Below are positions 7,766 to 14,798 of a DNA stretch of 25,631 nt, in pieces. Position numbers and translations under genes: made by a program. Under the pieces are notes generated by a model, which made no database searches, was not told the origin of the DNA, and saw only the letters and a program-made list of their open reading frames with translations. The stretch covers positions 1 to 25,631 of the IMG/VR virus record IMGVR_UViG_3300017704_000748; one strand, 5' to 3'. The stretch is from a virus (lineage: Duplodnaviria > Caudoviricetes). Within the stretch, counting starts at the first letter, position 1. Each line of letters begins with the position of its first letter.

Positions 7766-9112
7766 ATGGACATCGAAGAGGTTGAACGTTGTTTGCAGTA
7801 TAATAATGCAGATGAAAGAGATGTACTGAAACAATTCTTTACAAATCCACCTCAGTTGGATACTTCCAGGAAGACCATCGTCTTCTCAACTCCATCTGAG
7901 ACTGGTACAAGTTATTTCAGATTGTTTGAACCTATGAAGGCACTATGGAGGCATTATAGAGATGAAGCAAACTTTATCTATACTGAATGTCTACAGCCGA
8001 ACCATATGGTTATGGCTGATTGTATCATTATGCATCGTGCTGGCAACCTGCACTCACATTTCGTAACAGTAAAGGATGTTTGGCCTAAGACAAAGAAACG
8101 TCCTCTGATTATTCACGATGTAGATGACAATGAGTTTAATCTGCCACGGAGACATCCAATGGCAGAGTTATGGTATGCATCTGGCAAGGATAAGATGAGC
8201 CTACAGGCATTGAAGAGAAGTGACTTGGTAACAACCACAACAGAGAAGTTGAGGAAGACGTTCCGAAGATTTAATGATGATGTCCATATCTTTAGGAACC
8301 AATTCGACTGGACTCTTCCTCAATGGAATTTGAATAGAGATGAAGTAAGAAAAGAGATGTGTCCTAAATGGTTTGCAAATGGTGGTGATGATAAAATCGT
8401 CATTGGTTGGGCAGGTCTAACATCTCACTTTGAAGATATCAAGAGGATGCATGCATCGATCAAAGCGATCCATGATAAGTATCCTAACACAGTATTCGTA
8501 CTGGCTGGTATGGCTCTTAAGGATTCTCAGGTAGAAATAGAATACGTCGATGGCAAACCAAAGTTCAATGATAAGCCAATTGAGGATGAGAACCTTAGAT
8601 ATAGAAATAGAGTGATCGCTCTATATGACGATATCGATCCAGATCGATTAATGGTGTTCGACGCTTTGCCATTGGAAGAATATGCTAAGTTCTATACACT
8701 GTTTGATATCTCCTTGGCCTACATCGAGCACAACGCTTTTAACAGTTGTAAGTCAGAGATCAAGGTAATAGAATCTCTTCATTACAACTGCATTCCAGTA
8801 TTCACGTCGTATGGTGGATATGAAGACTTTTGGAAATCGGTGCCAAAGAATGTTCAGCACGATCATATGGCTATCGGTGGTTCTTCACCAAGGTTGTGGA
8901 CTTCAGCCATAGAGTTCTGGATCAATAAACTCCAGGATGATCCAGGCTATGTCAAGAATGTAATGGCAAACTTGGTCGCATTTTCTGATAACGAGTATGA
9001 TATTAACCTTGGTGCTGAAGCCAGGTTGGAGTTCTTGCTACAGCAGACAGAGAGCTTTGAAGAAGAACAGATGAATAATATGGCACAGTACTCTGATTAC
9101 TATGGAGAGTAA
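7766..9112 (+). CDS. Glycosyltransferase (GT-B fold, GT4-like)
   Basis: GTSYFRLFEP, IIHDVDD, IVIGWAG..SH.ED, FDISLAY...FNSCKSEIKVIE; GGAGG upstream. Confidence 0.8.
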   Translation: MDIEEVERCLQYNNADERDVLKQFFTNPPQLDTSRKTIVFSTPSETGTSYFRLFEPMKALWRHYRDEANFIYTECLQPNHMVMADCIIMHRAGNLHSHFVTVKDVWPKTKKRPLIIHDVDDNEFNLPRRHPMAELWYASGKDKMSLQALKRSDLVTTTTEKLRKTFRRFNDDVHIFRNQFDWTLPQWNLNRDEVRKEMCPKWFANGGDDKIVIGWAGLTSHFEDIKRMHASIKAIHDKYPNTVFVLAGMALKDSQVEIEYVDGKPKFNDKPIEDENLRYRNRVIALYDDIDPDRLMVFDALPLEEYAKFYTLFDISLAYIEHNAFNSCKSEIKVIESLHYNCIPVFTSYGGYEDFWKSVPKNVQHDHMAIGGSSPRLWTSAIEFWINKLQDDPGYVKNVMANLVAFSDNEYDINLGAEARLEFLLQQTESFEEEQMNNMAQYSDYYGE

Positions 9113-9114
9113 GA

Positions 9115-9405
9115 TTGGCACATCATACAGTATGGGGAGATGAATTTAATATTAGGGTTGAAGGCTTTTGGCCTAATTTTCCGACTGTAGAATTCAAGCT
9201 TCTTGATTTTAGTGATTCACAATCCATTCTTGTCTTTCCGGACTATATAGCAAACAGATCTCAGGTTGAGAGGATTGCTTCTGACCTGAATTTGAAGGTT
9301 ATCCTATCTGGAGCAAAACACGAATATTATGTTTGGATTAACCATAGAGACGATGCGACGATTTTATCTGTACTCGGTGGTGTTAAGATTAACGGAGATC
9401 TTTAA
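9115..9405 (+). CDS. Hypothetical protein
   Basis: TTG start with GGAG at 9103-9106; stop overlaps the next start (TAATG). Confidence 0.6.
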   Translation: MAHHTVWGDEFNIRVEGFWPNFPTVEFKLLDFSDSQSILVFPDYIANRSQVERIASDLNLKVILSGAKHEYYVWINHRDDATILSVLGGVKINGDL

Positions 9406-9710
9406 TGGAAGGCAGCGAACTTAATTTGATTGACCTTGATGAAGAATTAGTCAGTGAAAGGAAAATCAAGAAGTATGTCATCAAAGGCGGCAAGAAAAAG
9501 AAAGTAGGAAGAGCTACTGGTAGGAATCAAAAGCTTGTAGGTGGAAATCTGAAAACTATGTCTGCCGCCGAACGCATAAAGAGATCCAGAGCCGGTAAGA
9601 AAACTGCAAGAAAGCTAAGATCAAAACAGCATAGCATTGTTCGTAAACGTAACAAGTCTATGAAGAAAAGAAAACGAATGAGACTTAGTGACATTGGTAT
9701 GTCAGGTTAA
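9405..9710 (+). CDS. Highly basic prohead core protein, T4 gp68-like
   Basis: Acidic leader ending LDEELVSE, then MSAAERIKRSRAGKKTARK...IVRKRNKSMKKR, resembling gp68 homologues of T4-like phages as I recall them. Confidence 0.6.
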   Translation: MEGSELNLIDLDEELVSERKIKKYVIKGGKKKKVGRATGRNQKLVGGNLKTMSAAERIKRSRAGKKTARKLRSKQHSIVRKRNKSMKKRKRMRLSDIGMSG

Positions 9711-9726
9711 TAAGGAGGTTAAAATC

Positions 9727-9909
9727 ATGGCCAACGATATTATAGATCATATGATATGTGGCGTCTGTAAAGGTGCCAAAGTTCTTGTAAGTGAAGTTAC
9801 TGGTAAATCTGAACTTTGTCCTAAATGTGAAGGCAGAGGACAGATTATTCCAACCGCTGAATTACAAGAGAATCTAAAAGGGAAGAAAAGAGTTCTACTT
9901 AAAGGCTAG
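9727..9909 (+). CDS. Small DnaJ-type CxxCxGxG zinc-finger protein
   Basis: CGVCKGAK...CPKCEGRG; AGGAGG at 9713-9718 supports ATG 9727 rather than 9688. Confidence 0.7.
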   Translation: MANDIIDHMICGVCKGAKVLVSEVTGKSELCPKCEGRGQIIPTAELQENLKGKKRVLLKG

Positions 9910-9918
9910 GAGGTCTTA

Positions 9919-10065
9919 ATGGTTGTATCGGCAAAGAGTTGGCTTGTTTGCCAACCATATTATTTGATTCGTGGTGGAAAAGAAGCTGCAGAAAATCCGT
10001 CAATTGTAACCGAATATGTTAGGGCAAGGAAAGCTAAGGTTTGTCCGATCATAGAATATAAGTAA
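9919..10065 (+). CDS. 48-aa hypothetical protein (not in ORF track)
   Basis: AGGAGG at 9908-9913; MVVSAKSWLVCQPYYLIRGGKEAAENPSIVTEYVRARKAKVCPIIEYK; fills the gap before the tmRNA. Confidence 0.6.
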   Translation: MVVSAKSWLVCQPYYLIRGGKEAAENPSIVTEYVRARKAKVCPIIEYK

Positions 10066-10074
10066 ATTGATATT

Positions 10075-10384
10075 GGGCCTGATCTCTGGTTTCGACGGGG
10101 TCATGTAGATAAGAACGCATGCAGAGGAAGTCAGTTTGCCTCTTAAATCAACTGACAAACTTTAACTGGCGAAGAAACACACCAGTACAAGATGGCTGCA
10201 TAAACACCAGCCTCTTCGTCCTTCCTAAGTGTTGATCGAGCGCAGGAGCAGGACGTCATATTCGGTCACGCAGTACCGAGTAAAACGTAGGATGAGTAAG
10301 GTTGGTGGCTTAACCACTAAGCATGTAATTCGGTCTTATTGAATTGAGTCTCGGACGACGGTTCGATTCCGTCCAGGTCCACCA
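10075..10384 (+). ncRNA. ssrA: Transfer-messenger RNA (tmRNA), one-piece, 310 nt; tag (A)GEETHQYKMAA
   Basis: Acceptor stem GGGCCTG/CAGGTCC with G3:U70 and encoded ACCA; TTCGAC 5' motif; T-arm GACGG-TTCGATT-CCGTC; pseudoknot 1 AGAGG/CCTCT + GTCAGTT/AACTGAC; TAACT then resume codon GGC at 10168, tag ending GCT GCA TAA (10203) within a GGCTG/CAGCC hairpin. Confidence 0.96.
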
Positions 10385-10470
10385 TTTGTAAGCGTGATGT
10401 GTAATAATGCCAAGAATTCTTCATCAGATGTTGAGATGAAGGCATGGATAGATCTTATACGGAGAAAGCG

Positions 10471-10884
10471 ATGAAGTTGCAAGAAGTTGATGTATGGAAT
10501 CTCCAAATTGAGACCATACTATCTGACCCAAATCTAGATGAAGGCTTCAAGGATAGTTTACGTACGGCACAGAAGTATGTGACTACCATTGTTAAGAAGC
10601 TTGTGGTAGGAATGGGGATTGAGAAACAAGAAACCAAAGAAATGGTTAAAATATTTCTGAAGATGCTGAATAAGAAATTAGGTCGGCGAGCTGACACTGC
10701 AACCCCTGAAGAAGTTCGTGCAGCTCTCGCTCAACTTAAAGATATGTCGAAGGTAGCCTTAGCAGCCTTCGCATTATTCGGTCCTCTCCCAGCCGGTGAT
10801 GAGACCGTTTTGATAGGTACTGAATTGTTGGCAAAAAGGTTTGGTATGTCCATATTCCCAAGTGCACTTAAGGGAATACTTTAG
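10471..10884 (+). CDS. Hypothetical protein, possible head protein
   Basis: GGAG at 10461 favours ATG 10471 (MKLQE...NLDEG) over 10444. Confidence 0.7.
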   Translation: MKLQEVDVWNLQIETILSDPNLDEGFKDSLRTAQKYVTTIVKKLVVGMGIEKQETKEMVKIFLKMLNKKLGRRADTATPEEVRAALAQLKDMSKVALAAFALFGPLPAGDETVLIGTELLAKRFGMSIFPSALKGIL

Positions 10885-10895
10885 AAAGGCAAAAC

Positions 10896-11066
10896 ATGCA
10901 GAGAAAGTTTCGTTGGAGAAATGGTACCGAGAATACAAGAGCTATGATCAAAGAAAGACAAGGGTCTGATCTTCGGTCATGGATCGCTAATGTTCGTTGG
11001 AATCAAGAAGAAGGTAAAAGACGGCACGAAGAATTCGTAAAGAAGAGTGACGATCTTATCATCTGA
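10896..11066 (+). CDS. 56-aa hypothetical protein (not in ORF track)
   Basis: MQRKFRWRNG...KKSDDLII fills the gap between 10884 and the motif at 11068; AAAGG upstream. Confidence 0.5.
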   Translation: MQRKFRWRNGTENTRAMIKERQGSDLRSWIANVRWNQEEGKRRHEEFVKKSDDLII

Positions 11067-11067
11067 T

Positions 11068-11079
11068 TGATATTTATAG
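11068..11079 (+). promoter_or_regulatory. Repeated motif TGATATTTATAG, candidate phage late promoter
   Basis: Third exact copy; intergenic; followed by a GAAGGGT/ACCCTTC stem (11081-11109) and a five-gene run. Confidence 0.55.
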
Positions 11080-11125
11080 CGAAGGGTTCTGATGATAAAA
11101 TCACCCTTCACTATGGAAAGTAGTA

Positions 11126-11548
11126 GTGAACCCGGACAACAAAAATGTTGCCCCTAAAGGTTCATCGTCGGAAGTTGGTACAGTAATAACAGCGTTTCTA
11201 TCATTTGTAGTAGTGATGATAGGATCTATATCAGATCCAGTAGCTGCTTCAATGGCTATGGGTTTGGTTAATTTTGTAGCTCAGGTTATCGGAATGCTAT
11301 TTGGTGTAAAGCTTCTTGTTGATAAAGACAAGGCTGCACAGGAAATGGCAGGAAGTGGCGGAGCTACATTATTAGTTTCTGCCGTTTATGGAATGATGGC
11401 AGACTCAGGTGCGGATATGTCCGGCCTGGACACACCAGCGTTAGTGATCTTGTTCCAAGGCTTTGTGACTGAACTTACGAAGGGTATGACAAAGACCTTC
11501 GATGATCAAAGTAAAAAAGGAAAGATCATCATTAAGAAGAGAAAATAA
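11126..11548 (+). CDS. Multi-pass membrane protein
   Basis: GTG start; three to four hydrophobic segments and a basic tail (KKGKIIIKKRK). Confidence 0.7.
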   Translation: MNPDNKNVAPKGSSSEVGTVITAFLSFVVVMIGSISDPVAASMAMGLVNFVAQVIGMLFGVKLLVDKDKAAQEMAGSGGATLLVSAVYGMMADSGADMSGLDTPALVILFQGFVTELTKGMTKTFDDQSKKGKIIIKKRK

Positions 11549-11549
11549 G

Positions 11550-12167
11550 ATGGACCTAACAGATCTGCCTTTTCTTGTTGAATTTGATATCCTCGATGAG
11601 GGTGCTGAGAATGATTTCAAGAAGATTGCATCTAAGAGTAGCCGATTGGCTTTCATTCTTACGGGTTCACCAAGAGCTGGCAAGTCTACGGTCGTAAATA
11701 AGTTCATTAGACCAAGAAGCAAAGGTCTCAAACAGATTAACCCAGACGATATTTCGTTGCAGGTTACGAAGGACCCTAACGTCCATCATATGCCAGCAAC
11801 GAAGTTGAGTATGGCTCAATCCGGCCTGTTCTTTAAGGATAGGAAGGATGATGCGAATTTCATCTATGATTCCACCGGGGGATCTCCCCGAAGGCTCTCC
11901 AGGCTGTCTAAGACCGCTAAAGAAGCGGGTTATACGGTCATAATCGTATCAGTTTTGGCTCCCCTCAAGGATACCATCAAGAGGAACGCCGCTTCAGATC
12001 GTCACGTCGATGACGAATATCTGATTCGTAAATGGAAGCAAGCACAGAGTGATCTACCTAAAATCAACGCTGTTGTCAAACCAAAGCATCATTTCGTCGT
12101 AGTAAATACAGGATCGAGGCGCATAGCAATATGGTATAGATATGATGGGTCGAGGATAACGAAATGA
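11550..12167 (+). CDS. P-loop kinase, zeta-toxin/AAA_33-like
   Basis: FILTGSPRAGKS, INPDD, FIYDSTG, AKEAGY, lid-like KRN...RHV. ATG 11550 directly follows the upstream stop. Confidence 0.8.
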   Translation: MDLTDLPFLVEFDILDEGAENDFKKIASKSSRLAFILTGSPRAGKSTVVNKFIRPRSKGLKQINPDDISLQVTKDPNVHHMPATKLSMAQSGLFFKDRKDDANFIYDSTGGSPRRLSRLSKTAKEAGYTVIIVSVLAPLKDTIKRNAASDRHVDDEYLIRKWKQAQSDLPKINAVVKPKHHFVVVNTGSRRIAIWYRYDGSRITK

Positions 12168-13864
12168 AGATAGTACAGAAATTCACTCCAATATTTTTAG
12201 CAGAAGCCACTAAAGGCAAATTTAACCGTGCTGATATTAGAGGATGGGAAGCTGATCTATATAATGATCTTAAGCGCAGAGGTATAAAAGAAAAGCCAAA
12301 AGCTAAAATTATAGGCAGTGGTAAGATGAGTATTAAATATCCGAATGGTACATCGATCCTTGTGACAATTGATTCTGAATCGGGTACAGAAGAAGAGTAT
12401 CTTGCACAGGGCCCAAATGTACCTGGTGCCGCTCATGGTATGATACATGATTATCAAGATCTTCTTGATACCATCGCAACGACATGGAAAAAAGTCAATA
12501 CAAAAATGGAAAAGCCTAGTACATTAAAGTTTGCCGTTAAAGACAAGAAGGCTTTACAGGGTTTGCTGGATATGAGGTTCCGCTTTAGGCCTGAAGCGGA
12601 ACCGATTGTTAAATTAGCGGGCGGAAAACTTAGTATAGAATTTAATGTGAATGGCACAGGTGGTGTAGTCACTAAAGAAACAGAAGGGTCATTCTTTCTT
12701 CAGGCTACCAAAGGTGGATATAGTAATAGTTTTGATAGTATAGCAGATCTTTGTAAAGCATTGGATACACAAATTTTTGGTCAAACGCCAATTAAACCAT
12801 ATGATAATGCGAAGCTCAAGAAAAAGAAGGAGTCTGGTAAAGATGTTTCTGGTCTCAATGCAGCTAGTATAAAGAAGGTATCTGATGGTATAAAGAAAGA
12901 ATGTAAGCACGCTCTTAGACTTTACAAGTCTGGTGGTCTTATGTTGGCGCGCACCATTAAGACGAATAAGCCATACGTTATTGATAAGTCCCCAACCAAT
13001 AGAGTACCAATAGACTCATCGAAGACCACAGATACTTTTATGGAAGGGTTCAGAGCTGCACATCATCCAAATATCCCATCCAGAAGGGAAGCTATTTTTG
13101 CAGCACCAACACAAGGTGGTAAAAATACCGGTTATGATGGCAAGACGTACTACTGTTTCCCATCAGACCAAAGCCAATATTTTCATTCACCTACAATCAG
13201 TGATTTCTATGATAGTGATGTATACTATAGTATAGAGGAGGCTGTTAATTCGGTTATCATTGCTGTACGAGATTATAGTGAAGAATATAAGAATGAATTT
13301 AAGGGTGGGAAAACAATGAAGCGTAGCGATGTTAGTTCCGGTAATGAAGAGAGTAATGATACTTGGGCTATAGAAGATAAGATGTATGCTAAAATGACTG
13401 TGGCTCAAAAGAAGAAGTATCATAGTTGGGATTATAAAGAACGACAAGACTGGCTCGACACCGCCGTTAAGAAATACAGGGAAACTCAAAAAGCCAAAGA
13501 ACAAGTTGGTGCAGGAGCTCCTACAAAAGCAGATGCGATGACGTATGATTTCTTGGCACAAGTAAATCCTTATATCAGGCAATTTCATGGCCTTAAGATC
13601 GAGGATCCGTACGGATTAATTTTTACTGTATATCAATATAAGCGTGAACATGAGAGTATGGCGAACATGAATCCTCATGTCGGTAAAGCTATCAAGGAAG
13701 CGGAGAAAGCTTTGGTTGCAGTTAGTGGTTATTACAAAGGCAATAAACTCAAGAAGGCAAGTGACCTCAAGGCCAGCAATCTCAAAAAATCATCAGAAGT
13801 AGTAATTAAGGCACCAAAATATTACTTAATCAGAGTTGACCTAATTGACCAGTTTGGACTATAA
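12164..13864 (+). CDS. Large lysine-rich hypothetical protein; candidate internal head protein with a possible ADP-ribosyltransferase-like C-terminal part
   Basis: 566-aa ORF with ATGA overlap; leader MKIVQKFTPIFLAE; N-terminal internal duplication. The ART-like reading is inference only. Confidence 0.6.
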   Translation: MKIVQKFTPIFLAEATKGKFNRADIRGWEADLYNDLKRRGIKEKPKAKIIGSGKMSIKYPNGTSILVTIDSESGTEEEYLAQGPNVPGAAHGMIHDYQDLLDTIATTWKKVNTKMEKPSTLKFAVKDKKALQGLLDMRFRFRPEAEPIVKLAGGKLSIEFNVNGTGGVVTKETEGSFFLQATKGGYSNSFDSIADLCKALDTQIFGQTPIKPYDNAKLKKKKESGKDVSGLNAASIKKVSDGIKKECKHALRLYKSGGLMLARTIKTNKPYVIDKSPTNRVPIDSSKTTDTFMEGFRAAHHPNIPSRREAIFAAPTQGGKNTGYDGKTYYCFPSDQSQYFHSPTISDFYDSDVYYSIEEAVNSVIIAVRDYSEEYKNEFKGGKTMKRSDVSSGNEESNDTWAIEDKMYAKMTVAQKKKYHSWDYKERQDWLDTAVKKYRETQKAKEQVGAGAPTKADAMTYDFLAQVNPYIRQFHGLKIEDPYGLIFTVYQYKREHESMANMNPHVGKAIKEAEKALVAVSGYYKGNKLKKASDLKASNLKKSSEVVIKAPKYYLIRVDLIDQFGL

Positions 13865-13865
13865 A

Positions 13866-14414
13866 ATGAAACTATCGGAACTAACAACAGAAGACGATGT
13901 CGTACAATTGGCCTATGATCTATATCACGCTTTTGAAAGTGAAGATCAGCCAGCTGTAGATAGAGCTAAGAGTCTGATGACAGCTAGACTCGTGTCGAAA
14001 GGATGGAGAACAAATCTCATCAACGATATTATTAAATCTGTCCAGGCAGCTACTGGTGAAGCTGATGTAGTTAAGGTAGCCACCAGATTGGCTATGCACG
14101 AAAGTGGTCCATCAAATGATAAAATATACAGAGTGGTCTGTTCAATACCTTTTGTGACGAAAGAGAATATCAAGGCTGCTGTTTATTCAATGATATCATT
14201 CTTGGACATCAAGGAAATTCAGGTACTGAAAAAGAAGATAGATTTATCCCCGGCTATGCAAGTTCCGGGAGACGATGAAGGCAGTCAATTTCAAACGAAC
14301 GAAGTAAAGATCACTCTTGTCATAAAGACATATCATCCGGATAAGGAGAAAGTGGTTGACGCTATAGAACCAGATTACAACGTCATCAAAATCCAGCGGG
14401 CGACAAATGCATAA
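13866..14414 (+). CDS. Hypothetical protein
   Basis: ATG 13866 (MKLSELTTE) follows the upstream stop; preferred over 13845. Confidence 0.7.
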   Translation: MKLSELTTEDDVVQLAYDLYHAFESEDQPAVDRAKSLMTARLVSKGWRTNLINDIIKSVQAATGEADVVKVATRLAMHESGPSNDKIYRVVCSIPFVTKENIKAAVYSMISFLDIKEIQVLKKKIDLSPAMQVPGDDEGSQFQTNEVKITLVIKTYHPDKEKVVDAIEPDYNVIKIQRATNA

Positions 14415-14697
14415 AGCAAGAATCGTACGTGTGATATTAGAGGCGATGGCTGGATTGAATCCGATAAGAATCACGTACAAGAAACTTTCAGGCAATAAAG
14501 ATACAGTAATACGAATCATAGAGCCCTATGATATGAAGGAAGAGGAGCTATCCGACGGCACTCTAGCATCCTATGTGTATGGTTATGATATATCACCTAC
14601 CGTCATTCCCCAGGAACAGCATACGAAACGCTGGAAAGCAGACCAGTTTGTAGCTATGCATATCCTCAAAGACCAGGTATTCACACCCAGGTATTAG
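14407..14697 (+). CDS. Stand-alone WYL-domain protein
   Basis: ILEAM...IRITY......RIIEPY....YVYGYD....KRWKADQF fits the WYL pattern (I.Y...R.VEP...YL..Y....R.FR.DRI); no HTH domain. Confidence 0.7.
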   Translation: MHKARIVRVILEAMAGLNPIRITYKKLSGNKDTVIRIIEPYDMKEEELSDGTLASYVYGYDISPTVIPQEQHTKRWKADQFVAMHILKDQVFTPRY

Positions 14698-14733
14698 TCT
14701 AAGTTCAATAAAAACAACATCTTAGAAAACACG

Positions 14734-14762
14734 TTTACAATCTACCCGTGTATGCTTATATT
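14734..14762 (+). promoter_or_regulatory. Sigma70-type promoter
   Basis: TTTACA-N17-TATATT with an A-rich upstream tract; matched by a second copy at 16781. Confidence 0.7.
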
Positions 14763-14798
14763 AGATAGGTAAGATATGGTGCTCACACAAGGATTGAG

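Noticed and set aside
10350-10384. Free-standing tRNA-Ala or attachment-site fragment
   Set aside because: It is the 3' end of the tmRNA; no anticodon arm, no second copy and no integrase in the window.
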